A DNA stretch of 58,860 nt from Pseudomonadota bacterium (GTDB lineage: Bacteria > Pseudomonadota > Gammaproteobacteria > Pseudomonadales > UBA6940). Under the pieces are notes generated by a model, which had not been told where the DNA came from, did not search any database, and was given only the letters and a program-made list of their open reading frames with translations. Positions within the stretch are counted from its first letter, which is position 1. Every line of letters starts with the position of its first letter. Of the stretch, positions 27,210-36,808 are shown piece by piece. The translations under genes and the position numbers were made by a program. The stretch covers positions 1 through 58,860 of the forward strand of contig JAZKFP010000050.1 in assembly GCA_040386355.1 (NCBI GenBank), read 5' to 3'.

Positions 27210-27929
27210 ATTTTTTCTAAAATTATCTAAATTTCCTTTAGATTCTGCCTCATCGTATTCTCTGCTATATTTTGCTATCGCAGCTTTTGTTTCGATTCTC
27301 AAGTCTCCAAATTTACTTAAATTTGCACCTATATGAGCAGATTGTGATAAATAATTTATTGGTTCAACTTCAATCAATGCATCACGTTGCTCTTCTTCTG
27401 TCAGAAAATCCTCATAACGCTTTAAATCTTCAGATTTTTCAACCTCACGTCTTTCATTTGTGCAATCTTGCGTCCAATCAAGAAAAGCTTTTTTATAAGC
27501 TTCAATGATTGCGGGCTTATTCTTAATTCGCTCTAAATCAATTGGATTGGCTGCTATCCATTCAGAAACGAGAATTTTAAGATTCTTTGCTCCAGAAACA
27601 TTTAAATCTACATAGTTTTCTATTTTTTTTGCTAAATTAACACCAAAAATTTTTGATAAAGACGGTGGTTCTGTCATTTCTGGCACATTTGATACAGCGA
27701 CTAGTTTTTTTATTGTTATAAATTTATTTTTGCCACTTTTATAAGGACTATTAATTATAAAGTCTAGATTTTCTTTACTAAAGTTTTCATTTTTTGATTT
27801 TTTAGCACTTTTAATTTGTGTGGTAGATTGATTTCCAACCAAATTTTCTTTTAAAAGTTTACTTGGGATCATCTCGTCTAGTTTATGAGATGGCTCAATT
27901 TTATTTTTTGAATATGATCTAATTTTCAC
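27186..27929 (-). CDS. hypothetical protein (second gene of a two-gene operon)
   Basis: 247-codon ORF starting 9 nt after the stop of 27939..29756. Confidence 0.55.
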   Translation of the reverse strand: MKIRSYSKNKIEPSHKLDEMIPSKLLKENLVGNQSTTQIKSAKKSKNENFSKENLDFIINSPYKSGKNKFITIKKLVAVSNVPEMTEPPSLSKIFGVNLAKKIENYVDLNVSGAKNLKILVSEWIAANPIDLERIKNKPAIIEAYKKAFLDWTQDCTNERREVEKSEDLKRYEDFLTEEEQRDALIEVEPINYLSQSAHIGANLSKFGDLRIETKAAIAKYSREYDEAESKGNLDNFRKNLGLPIFD

Positions 27930-27938
27930 AATCCACTC

Positions 27939-29756
27939 TCAACTTTCATTTGGACTTGTCATTAATACTCGTGCCAACGTGGCATCAGCTTGTTGCAAGG
28001 CGATTTCAATTTGATCTATTTTTAAAAATATTCCTGGCGTATTTAATTTAAAATATGGATTATCATAAATTCCAACTTTATAGTTCCATGTATCGTCCAG
28101 AACTTTAAAAGATATTTGATCTTTAGAAGTTTTAGCATTTGGATTCCATGTAAATTTTACATATTGGAAAGGATATACACGTGACAAGAGTTTAAGAGGA
28201 GTGTTTAAACGATTGGCAACTTCCTCTGGCGTATATTCTAAATTATTTTTTGAATTTGCTATCTCGTAAACTATAGCATGTAATACATTATAATATGTAT
28301 CCTGTATTTCTTTAATATAAAGATTATTAACACGAGTGCGAATGGAACGAATCGCATAATTCGCTACGCTATGATAAAAATGATAAATTTCTCGCCATGT
28401 TTTTTGCGGATCGTTTGTGTCACATTTAACAATATGTCCCATTGCGTAAACTGGGGCACCGGCTATGTGTATGGGAACGATAATTTGTTTGTATTTGGCA
28501 GTCTTATCTGGCTGCGAAAAAAATATTTCTGCACAGTTCGTATAATCTAATAATCTTTTATAATCAGGATCATTCTTGTAAATTTTTTCTGGAGGGCCCT
28601 CCGGTTCATCTAAGCGATTAAAAATATTGTATTTAATCGGCTCATTTAAAAATTGAACATAACCTCCACAAAAAGCAGCATCGAAAACAGATCGTGCCTT
28701 ATCCCCAAAAGGTCTTTCAGCATTATCTAGCATTTCATCAATTTCTTTAGGTGATAATTTTCCTTTAAGAGCTTCTTTTATATCCTTGCGCTGACTGTCA
28801 GGCACAATATGTCTTACACCGTGACTATATGCACCGTCACTATTTGCTAATTTACCGTTGAGACTTCCACGGTAACGTTTAGTTTCTCGATCAAACATCA
28901 TTATCCCAAACATAATGTTGGGGGGTGCTTTACCATTTTTGCATAAGAGTGGAGATCCTTTAAAACTCTCATAAATAAATTCAAAAACATGAACCGCTTT
29001 TTTATAATGCTCGTCAAAAAAATATTGTATTTCGTCTCGACAATCTTCGGCGGCTTTATTTTTTTTATAAGTTTTCAAATATAATTTTTCTTGAGGAGTA
29101 AACTTAATATCGGGATCATCAATTTTAATTGATTGTTTATGCCACCAATTTGCGCCTTCCTTACAAAATGGTTCTGTCATTACATTAATTTTATTTGCAT
29201 AAAAATATTTAAAAGCAGAGTCCCTTTCTACCTCCTTAACTAACTCTTCAAAAGAGTGATTATCTGAACTTTCACCATTTTTAAATTTGATTGCCTTAAA
29301 TTCGGGGGGCTCATAGCCTTTAGATTTTTTAAAATCTGCTAAAAAACACAGAAGGAAAATGTTTTTATGTATAGGAAAGACATAGTTCTGGCATTCTTCT
29401 AAATCGAGATAAATATAATTAGGATTTTTATTCTTAGAGGGAAGCTTATGCAACTTTTCTGGTTTTTTTAAGGTCGTCTCAAAGTCATCCTTCCATACTG
29501 GATCAAGGACTGTATGATGCAAAACTTTATACCAGCCATTAGCTACATCTTTTTCCAGCAATACGCTCGCTGCATTTTCTTGAAAGAAAATACGAAGGCG
29601 ACTGATAATTTGGCGATGTCCTACCTTAACAATTCTCTGTTGAATATCTGATGACAATAGAGATTGCTTGATAAGATAAACTCGCTCAAGAATATCTCTC
29701 ATGTTCTTATCTTCAATTGAAGCGACAACTTGAGCATTTTTTAATAGTGTTTCCAT
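27939..29756 (-). CDS. large hypothetical protein
   Basis: 605-codon uninterrupted ORF in ~30% GC DNA. No catalytic motif recognised. Confidence 0.65.
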   Translation of the reverse strand: METLLKNAQVVASIEDKNMRDILERVYLIKQSLLSSDIQQRIVKVGHRQIISRLRIFFQENAASVLLEKDVANGWYKVLHHTVLDPVWKDDFETTLKKPEKLHKLPSKNKNPNYIYLDLEECQNYVFPIHKNIFLLCFLADFKKSKGYEPPEFKAIKFKNGESSDNHSFEELVKEVERDSAFKYFYANKINVMTEPFCKEGANWWHKQSIKIDDPDIKFTPQEKLYLKTYKKNKAAEDCRDEIQYFFDEHYKKAVHVFEFIYESFKGSPLLCKNGKAPPNIMFGIMMFDRETKRYRGSLNGKLANSDGAYSHGVRHIVPDSQRKDIKEALKGKLSPKEIDEMLDNAERPFGDKARSVFDAAFCGGYVQFLNEPIKYNIFNRLDEPEGPPEKIYKNDPDYKRLLDYTNCAEIFFSQPDKTAKYKQIIVPIHIAGAPVYAMGHIVKCDTNDPQKTWREIYHFYHSVANYAIRSIRTRVNNLYIKEIQDTYYNVLHAIVYEIANSKNNLEYTPEEVANRLNTPLKLLSRVYPFQYVKFTWNPNAKTSKDQISFKVLDDTWNYKVGIYDNPYFKLNTPGIFLKIDQIEIALQQADATLARVLMTSPNES

Positions 29757-30106
29757 TTAAAAACCTATTTTTTGAAATATTCTGGGAAACAGAAAATATA
29801 AAATTAAAAAAAACTCTATTTTAAAATAATTTCTCGACAATAATCGCAAAATCACATACGTTAGGATCAAATTCCTATCACTGCGGCGCAGATCATTAGT
29901 TATAGAAAATAATTAATGATCTTCTTTTTGATTTATCCGCATTATGCACTTAGTGCGCAGCCGTCATTTATCTTGCGTGCATATTTCCCATTTCCGTACG
30001 CTGAGAGTGATATCTAACTCTACTCATACTTTATTTTCAACCCTTTGAAGCCAACGCGTTGTTTTTCTTTCTTGAAAAGCATTGCGCTTGTGCCTGCGAG
30101 TTTGCC

Positions 30107-30403
30107 ATGCCCATAAACATTGAAAAATATATGATTTATATGGATGGTTATGATCTGACCCCTTCACAAAAAATTGAAATGATTCAAACCGTCTATGGAT
30201 TAATGGAATCCAACATTGACCAAATTTTTGGTCAACATCCCGTACAACAATGCCGTGAATATAATGCAGTTAATAATTTACGAAATGAAAGCTGCGCGAT
30301 AGACTCGAAATTATCTGTTAAAAAATCATTTAGCCATAGTGCAAATGTGCGCAAACCCGTAAAAAGAAAGGCCTCAGTATGTCCAAACAACAACGCCTTA
30401 TAG
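30107..30403 (+). CDS. small hypothetical protein overlapping the recombinase start
   Basis: ATG at 30107 (MPINIEKYMIYMDGYDLTPSQKIEMIQ...). Overlaps the recombinase start by 25 nt. Confidence 0.45.
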   Translation: MPINIEKYMIYMDGYDLTPSQKIEMIQTVYGLMESNIDQIFGQHPVQQCREYNAVNNLRNESCAIDSKLSVKKSFSHSANVRKPVKRKASVCPNNNAL

Positions 30404-31959
30404 CCGTAACCTATTGCAGAGTGAGTTCTGTACGCCAAGTTAAAGAAGGTAGCGGATTGACATCGCAAGCTATTCGATGCAGTGAGTATGCGAAATATAA
30501 AAACTATGAAGTTATTCATGTTTTCCAAGATGAAGGTATTTCTGGAAGTTTGATTGAACGTCCAGGGATGCAAGAAATGCTGAACTTCATTCGTAAGCAG
30601 AAGGAAAAACCTTGTATTGTTTTGATTGATGACATTTCGAGATTAGCCCGCGGGTTGGCTGCGCATATTGAGTTGCGTACTGCCATTAGTGCTGCGGGTG
30701 GGAAACTGGAAAGCCCTTCAATTGAATTTGGCGAAGATTCTGACAGTGTTTTAGTCGAGAATCTTCTTGCTAGTGTTTCTCAACATTCCAGGCAAAAAAA
30801 TGCAGAACAAGTTAGCCACAGAATGAGAGCGCGGGCTTTGAATGGCTATTGCGTAACCCCCCCCGTTCCTGGATATCAATATAAAAAAGTTGCAGGACAT
30901 GGCAAATTATTAGTGCGTGATGAACTAGCAAATATTGTTCAAACAGCGCTTGAATCTTTTGCTAGTGGCCGTTTTCAGACATTGGCGGAAGTTACCAGAT
31001 ATTTAAATTCACAGCCGACTTTTCCAAAAGGAAAGAGTAGCAAAGTCGTGCATCCACAACGCGTGGCGGATATGTTAAGACGCCCTATTTATGCAGGATA
31101 TCTCAATTATCCTACATGGAATATTAATATGATATTAGGTCATCACGAGCCAATTATCAGTTATGAGACCTTTAAAAAAATTCAGGAGCGTCTTGATGGT
31201 AAAGCCAAAGTGCCAGCACGGAAAGACATCAGCCATGCATTTCCCCTCCGCGGTTTTATAGTGTGCGCATGCTGCCAAAAAGCTATGACAGCTTGTTTTT
31301 CTCAAGGACGCAGCCGAAAATATCCATATTATTTCTGTGCAACTAAAGGATGCTCTAGCTATAAACGAACTATTGCGAGAGAAAAAATCGAATCGGAATT
31401 TGAAAATTTATTGAAGCAGCTGAAACCATCAAAAAACTTATTTAATCTGGCGCATGCCATATTTAAAGATCTTTGGGAAGAACGCATGATTAATCGTCAT
31501 GGAGAAATTCATGTTATTAAAAATCATGTGTTGAAAATTGAAAATCAAATTATGAAAATGGTGGATCGTGTTGTTGAAACAGACAGCCCAACATTAGTTG
31601 CAACTTATGAAGATCGGATTCGAAATCTCGAAGATCAAAAGATCACATTGAAGGAAAAAATCGCGCAATGTGGTACAGCTCTGCCAGATTTTGACACGGC
31701 TTTTCACACCGCTTTTGATTTTCTAGAAAACCCCTATAAAATGTGGGCTTCCGGGCAATTAGAGCATCAAAGAAGTTTGCTAAAACTCACGTTTACCGAC
31801 AACCTAGCATATGATCGCAATAGTGGATTTCGAACCGCTAAAACCACCTTACCTTTTGCGGTGTTAAACGGCATATCTAAGGGAAATTATGGAATGGTGG
31901 AGCTAAGCGGGATCGAACCGCTGACCTCGACACTGCCAGTGTCGCGCTCTCCCAGCTGA
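30379..31959 (+). CDS. large serine recombinase
   Basis: N-terminal resolvase motif IAVTYCRVSSVRQ, DDISRLARG, a recombinase domain, Cys-rich zinc ribbon CACCQK...YYFCATKGC, and a coiled coil. The last 65 nt of the ORF overlap tRNA-Ala on the opposite strand. Confidence 0.9.
   Translation: MSKQQRLIAVTYCRVSSVRQVKEGSGLTSQAIRCSEYAKYKNYEVIHVFQDEGISGSLIERPGMQEMLNFIRKQKEKPCIVLIDDISRLARGLAAHIELRTAISAAGGKLESPSIEFGEDSDSVLVENLLASVSQHSRQKNAEQVSHRMRARALNGYCVTPPVPGYQYKKVAGHGKLLVRDELANIVQTALESFASGRFQTLAEVTRYLNSQPTFPKGKSSKVVHPQRVADMLRRPIYAGYLNYPTWNINMILGHHEPIISYETFKKIQERLDGKAKVPARKDISHAFPLRGFIVCACCQKAMTACFSQGRSRKYPYYFCATKGCSSYKRTIAREKIESEFENLLKQLKPSKNLFNLAHAIFKDLWEERMINRHGEIHVIKNHVLKIENQIMKMVDRVVETDSPTLVATYEDRIRNLEDQKITLKEKIAQCGTALPDFDTAFHTAFDFLENPYKMWASGQLEHQRSLLKLTFTDNLAYDRNSGFRTAKTTLPFAVLNGISKGNYGMVELSGIEPLTSTLPVSRSPS
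31892..31904. repeat. right att repeat inside the tRNA-Ala 3' end
   Basis: GAATGGTGGAGCT is identical to 3875-3887. Confidence 0.6.
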
Positions 31960-31970
31960 GCTATAGCCCC
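31895..31970 (-). tRNA. tRNA-Ala (anticodon GGC)
   Basis: The reverse complement folds as a cloverleaf: GGGGCTA/TAGCTCC acceptor stem with the G3:U70 Ala identity pair, anticodon loop CTGGCAG, TTCGATC T-loop, and an encoded CCA. Confidence 0.92.
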
Positions 31971-32193
31971 AGATAAACTGGATCAAGATTAAATACAAAA
32001 TCTTGAATTACCAAACACATATGGATTTTCTCGCGTGTTGCTTACTCATTCGCCTGCTCACCTACTTTGAGTAGGCTCCGCGGGCTTATATCATAAGCGC
32101 CTACGAGAAAACTAATCTGCATTTGGTAAATATGGGAAGTGAATCAAGGTCCGCAATTGTCTTGATTCACTCTCACAGTGTCAAGCGTAGAAA

Positions 32194-33747
32194 CTAAGAT
32201 TCAGCCGTATTTTCTTCTGCGTGCGAATTTTTTTGCCAAGATTGCCAGGTTTTATCCAATACTTTTTGCTGTTTTTTCGAGACTCCGCCTAACAAGTCAA
32301 TTGCATCACGTATTCGAGCAAGTGTTAGTTCAGGACCAAGTACGCTCATTGCTTCCATTAAAGGTACAGAGGTTAAAGATCCAGTAACTGCAATAAAAAG
32401 CGGATTCATAAAATCGCGCACTTTTAATTCCATGCGCTCAGCGATCCAAGAAAATATTTCAAATAAGGTCGTTTTATTCCAGATAGCTAATGTTTCCAAT
32501 GCACAGCGACTAAAATGCAAAATTTCTTTTGATTTTTCGAGATCAATTTTTGATGAATTAAAATCATCGGCTTTAAGTGTTAATCGACCTGAATATAAAA
32601 ATCCAATTAAAGGCGCAATATCGCTAAATACTTCAACGCGTTTTTGAATCGATGGTAAAATTGGCGCTAAATCTTCCGCTGAAAAAGCCCATTGTTGTGC
32701 TTGCTGCACAAACTTTTCAATCGTTAAATCACGACTCCACATTCCATTTAACCAGCGTAATTTTTCTTGATCAAAAATTGGCCCACCTAATGAAATACGC
32801 TGCCAATCAAACGAATCCACCATTTCTTGCACAGTGAATTTTTCTTGATCGTTGGGTAGTGAATATCCCATTCGTCCTAAAAAATTAACTAGCGCCGTTG
32901 CTAAAAAGCCCATACGTTTGTAATAAAAAATACTGGTGGGATTTTTTCGCTTACTGAGTTTGCTTTTATCAATATTACGCAGTAAAGGTAAATGATAAAA
33001 CTTTGGCGGTTGCCAATCAAAAGCTTGATATAGACGAATATGTTTTGGTGTTGAGTTAATCCATTCTTCACCGCGAATAACATGAGTTACGCCCATTAAA
33101 TGATCGTCAACAACACTTGCTAGGTGGTAAGTTGGAAATCCATCGGCTTTCATGAGAATTTGCATATCCACATGATCCCAGCCGATATTCAAGCCACCAC
33201 GTAATGCGTCGGTAAATTCGCAGTCGCCTTCTGTAGGAATTTTTAAACGAATAACATAGGATTCTTTTGCTTGAAGACGCTGTTGAATTTCCGATTCGTG
33301 CAAATTGCAACAATGCCCATCATAACGTGTTGTTTGATTCTGTTCGGTTTGCCGTTGGCGTAATTGATTTAAACGTTGGGTCGTACAAAAACAATAGAAC
33401 GCTTCGTTGCGTTTTAATAATTCTTGAACCTGAGTTTGATAAATTTCTAATCGCTCACTTTGACGATAAGGACCCGATGGGCCACCAATATCAGGACCTT
33501 CGTCCCAATTTAAACCTAACCATTTTAATGCAGATAAAATTCGATCTTCCGATTGTTTTGAGCTACGAGTTTGATCAGTATCTTCACTACGTAAAATAAA
33601 TCTGCCGCCGTTTTGACGAGCAAAGACCCAATTAAATAAAGCAATATAGGCAGTGCCAACATGGGGTTCGCCCGTTGGTGATGGTGCAATACGTGTGCAT
33701 ATTTGCTGATGAGATTGAGAATTCAAAGTAAACACTCCTGATTTCAT
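32194..33747 (-). CDS. gltX: glutamyl-tRNA synthetase
   Basis: RIAPSPTGEPHVGTAY (HIGH-type motif), KLSKRK (KMSKS motif), and a class I GluRS pattern throughout. Confidence 0.9.
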   Translation of the reverse strand: MKSGVFTLNSQSHQQICTRIAPSPTGEPHVGTAYIALFNWVFARQNGGRFILRSEDTDQTRSSKQSEDRILSALKWLGLNWDEGPDIGGPSGPYRQSERLEIYQTQVQELLKRNEAFYCFCTTQRLNQLRQRQTEQNQTTRYDGHCCNLHESEIQQRLQAKESYVIRLKIPTEGDCEFTDALRGGLNIGWDHVDMQILMKADGFPTYHLASVVDDHLMGVTHVIRGEEWINSTPKHIRLYQAFDWQPPKFYHLPLLRNIDKSKLSKRKNPTSIFYYKRMGFLATALVNFLGRMGYSLPNDQEKFTVQEMVDSFDWQRISLGGPIFDQEKLRWLNGMWSRDLTIEKFVQQAQQWAFSAEDLAPILPSIQKRVEVFSDIAPLIGFLYSGRLTLKADDFNSSKIDLEKSKEILHFSRCALETLAIWNKTTLFEIFSWIAERMELKVRDFMNPLFIAVTGSLTSVPLMEAMSVLGPELTLARIRDAIDLLGGVSKKQQKVLDKTWQSWQKNSHAEENTAES

Positions 33748-33929
33748 TTTCGAAGTGGAGTGTAAACCGAATGCAGCTATGTGTGCAGTGCAAAATTATG
33801 ATTTTCGATTCGAAAAAACTCGACACGACTATTCAGTACTACTTAGAATGACTGTCACTTTAAGGATTGAACTTTCTAATCACCTCTTGTTTTATTTTAT
33901 TCAATGTTTGCTTAACAAGGACGAATAAA

Positions 33930-35372
33930 ATGTTTATTGATTTCACTCCCCGCAAAATTAAATGCCTGCAAACTGTTTCAAGCCCGAGCTCTCCGTGGGG
34001 AATAGAAGACGGATTACGATTCTATTTTGCAGTTGAAGTTGGATTTCAAACTCCAGACGTTATGATTAGTGGGCGCAAATACCCTGAACCGGATGTTGTA
34101 AATAATCATCCGATTAAAGCTGGTGAAACAATTAACTTAGATAATTTTCTTCCACAGAATCGTACATCTTGGCAAACCAAATCTTTTAATGTGGACGAAG
34201 GAAACTTAGTAACAATTTGGCTTATTGGTGTTAATGAAGGTTTACCTTTTTTTGGTGGCGGTGGGGGTTCTGGTAGTGAGGTATCTACAAAAATTGCTCA
34301 GAAAGGTTCAGAGTTAGCTATTGAAAAGTTGTCAGATGCTGCAAGTGAAGAAGCTTTGGAACGTTCATTATCTTCTGGTGCTTCGTCTTTGATTGAACCT
34401 ATTCCTGTAATAGGTGCACTAATTAATGCGATTATTGAGTTGGCAGAATTTATTGACGAATCCACAGATTGTTCAGGTAGTGCTTTTATATATAAAAAAG
34501 AAATTATTGGCCGAGATTTAATTGCTCAACTTATTCAAAATCGACGTGAAACTACATTGATTTTTAATCAGAGCCAAACTTTACGAACGAGTGATCCAAG
34601 TAATCCCTGCCTTGTTCCACATTATGAAGTAACGTTAGATATTAATTTGCGTTCTATTTTCACGATCAATCATCTCCAAACAGCATCAAATGTAGTTCCT
34701 ACTCCTGCAGTGGATTTTGTACCTTATTTCACTTTTTGTGCAAAAAAAGTTAATAAACAACTTACTGTATGGAGTGCACAAAGAGATTTTCTTATTGAAT
34801 TTTTTCCAAATTTTAAATTTCAGTTAATGCCATTAGTCTGGAAAATTGAAGGAATACCTCTCACGAAACAACAGCAAACTGTAAAAATTAATTTGCCTGT
34901 GACAATTCAACCCCATCAACAATCCATGCTTGCTGATGTAGAAATTTCATGTGAGATCAATTTAAATCAACATTTATTTTTGAAAACTAAAGGCTCAGAT
35001 GGCAGCTATCAAATTCGTGTAGAAGCTTTTTTACCCTTACAAAGTCTCCAACCACCATTTAAAATCTATCAATATATATTGAGGGTAGATGGACAAGAAA
35101 TGTACGGTGATGCGGGTTACCAGGAATATTTAGAGTGCGTTAGTACAAAATTATTTCTCATTAGTGAAAAAATTAAAAAAACAAAATACATAACGAATAA
35201 AAAACCCTTTCCTGGACAGCCTTCAAAAATTCTAACTGAAACAACCCTAAACTCTGATCAATTACAAGTTGTAGAACAGTTTTCCACAACGTATAAAAAT
35301 AATATTTCATACGATATCCGTGAAATTGAAGCTACTTTGCAGTCGATTGTTAAATTACTAGATAAATTTTAA
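33930..35372 (+). CDS. hypothetical protein with a Gly-rich linker
   Basis: ATG at 33930 with AAGGA upstream; FFGGGGGSGSE stretch; no motif recognised. Confidence 0.5.
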   Translation: MFIDFTPRKIKCLQTVSSPSSPWGIEDGLRFYFAVEVGFQTPDVMISGRKYPEPDVVNNHPIKAGETINLDNFLPQNRTSWQTKSFNVDEGNLVTIWLIGVNEGLPFFGGGGGSGSEVSTKIAQKGSELAIEKLSDAASEEALERSLSSGASSLIEPIPVIGALINAIIELAEFIDESTDCSGSAFIYKKEIIGRDLIAQLIQNRRETTLIFNQSQTLRTSDPSNPCLVPHYEVTLDINLRSIFTINHLQTASNVVPTPAVDFVPYFTFCAKKVNKQLTVWSAQRDFLIEFFPNFKFQLMPLVWKIEGIPLTKQQQTVKINLPVTIQPHQQSMLADVEISCEINLNQHLFLKTKGSDGSYQIRVEAFLPLQSLQPPFKIYQYILRVDGQEMYGDAGYQEYLECVSTKLFLISEKIKKTKYITNKKPFPGQPSKILTETTLNSDQLQVVEQFSTTYKNNISYDIREIEATLQSIVKLLDKF

Positions 35373-35418
35373 TTAAGCAGGAAATAACAATCATTAATAG
35401 GTTTGACTGAGGAAATTA

Positions 35419-35775
35419 TTACTCATGAACTTTAACGTACAAATCAATAAATCGTGTTGCTTCAACTGGTAAATCCGTTAAGTACTCTAACCCGATTACG
35501 TACTGTCCCGTTCCACTTTGAATGCGAGTATGCACAACTTTTCCAACGCCTTTAATTTGGCATGTACGACCACCAAAAATAGCTTGCACTTCGAAATACA
35601 GCATTACTTCTTTTGGAAATTCAATAGGAGAGGTAACAGCAACACCCCCGAGTGAAATATTTACGGTACGAGAAGCAAACTGCTTTTTTGCCTCTGTAAC
35701 GCAACGCGCACGCCAATTGCAGCGTGCGCGAGGATAACGTCGAGCCGCTTCATCAGCGGGAGGAGCATTTACCAT
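35419..35775 (-). CDS. PilZ domain protein (c-di-GMP binding type)
   Basis: RRYPRAR and NISLGG motifs (RxxxR ... D/NxSxxG). The internal Met at 35775 avoids overlap with the upstream gene. Confidence 0.7.
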   Translation of the reverse strand: MVNAPPADEAARRYPRARCNWRARCVTEAKKQFASRTVNISLGGVAVTSPIEFPKEVMLYFEVQAIFGGRTCQIKGVGKVVHTRIQSGTGQYVIGLEYLTDLPVEATRFIDLYVKVHE

Positions 35776-35794
35776 ATGAAGAGAGACCTCGCGA

Positions 35795-36808
35795 TCACTC
35801 GGAATTATTATGTAATGGTTGTCTAGAAAACCGAACAATAGGCGATGGTACTTGTTCGGAAAAAACCAGCAAATGACCACCTTCAATATAGCTTAATGCT
35901 TCTGCTTGAGGCATACGTGGTAAAGGCATTGATTTTTGCCATGACCAAAATTTTTGTTTTGAAGTCGCATTTTGATGAAATAAGTGAACATATCCATAAG
36001 TTAATACTGCAACTTCATCTTCAAATGTACTCATGCTAGTTGGCATGTAGGATAAAAATGTTTGTACCATCGACCCAAAATGTATTGGACTTATGCCAGC
36101 TAATTCTTCAACTTCTTGAATAAAGCTCGCTTTATAAACAATGCGTTCTGGAGCCATCATCAAAGGCAATCGATACAAACGCGCGGGTTTATCACGTTTA
36201 GAAAGAATGTAAACTGCCTTATTTTCTGGATCTACTGCAATTGATTCAGAATCACGTGCTCCATCTTCAAATTGAAATCCAATGGTTTGAATATCAGATG
36301 GTTTTAAATTCAATTTTGGATTGCCTTGAATGTCAAACGTCATTTCTGGCTCAGGCAAAATATGAACGTAGTATACTTTGCGACGATTTAAATTATCTCC
36401 AATGTCGCCAATAGCTAAGTAGGGTTTGCCGTTCACTTCAAATGAGTCGATATCTTCCCAGTCAAAATTTGCTAACTCGGAAATATTGATGCTAGCAACT
36501 GGTTTACCATCATGCGAAACCAGATGCAAACTAGGAGCGTCTCCACTGTCATTAATAGCCCAAATATGATCTGGCTGATGAAAAGACCGCGCTGCACCAC
36601 TTACTTCAGTCAAATTTTTATGGTTTAGAATACCTACTGTTATTGGTTTTTCAAAAGCAGGTTGTGCATCAACATTTGATACGCCAAACGCTGATTCCGA
36701 CCCAATAAATGCTAAGCAAAAAGTTAAACACACGCTGGTAAAATTAGCTTGTCGAGATTTGCGAATATTGTATCCTTCTTGTGGCTTATGACTTACCTGA
36801 AACTTCAT
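35795..36808 (-). CDS. secreted protein, possibly beta-propeller (SdiA-regulated/phytase-like); weak call
   Basis: Signal-like N-terminus. LTEVSGAARS...WAINDSGD...DWEDIDSF patterns resemble that family. Confidence 0.4.
   Translation of the reverse strand: MKFQVSHKPQEGYNIRKSRQANFTSVCLTFCLAFIGSESAFGVSNVDAQPAFEKPITVGILNHKNLTEVSGAARSFHQPDHIWAINDSGDAPSLHLVSHDGKPVASINISELANFDWEDIDSFEVNGKPYLAIGDIGDNLNRRKVYYVHILPEPEMTFDIQGNPKLNLKPSDIQTIGFQFEDGARDSESIAVDPENKAVYILSKRDKPARLYRLPLMMAPERIVYKASFIQEVEELAGISPIHFGSMVQTFLSYMPTSMSTFEDEVAVLTYGYVHLFHQNATSKQKFWSWQKSMPLPRMPQAEALSYIEGGHLLVFSEQVPSPIVRFSRQPLHNNSE

Larger units (their letters stand above)
3875..31904. mobile_element. ~28-kb integrative mobilizable element (IME) inserted at the 3' end of tRNA-Ala(GGC)
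   Basis: 13-bp direct repeat GAATGGTGGAGCT at 3875-3887 and 31892-31904, the latter inside the tRNA 3' end. Contains relaxase, mobC, T4CP, ArdC and a serine recombinase, but no VirB4 or mating-pair genes. Composition is mosaic. Confidence 0.65.

Noticed and set aside
3875-31904. A tyrosine integrase expected for a tRNA-inserted island
   Set aside because: None is present within the repeat-bounded segment; only the two serine recombinases are there. The large serine recombinase at the tRNA junction is taken as the integrase.
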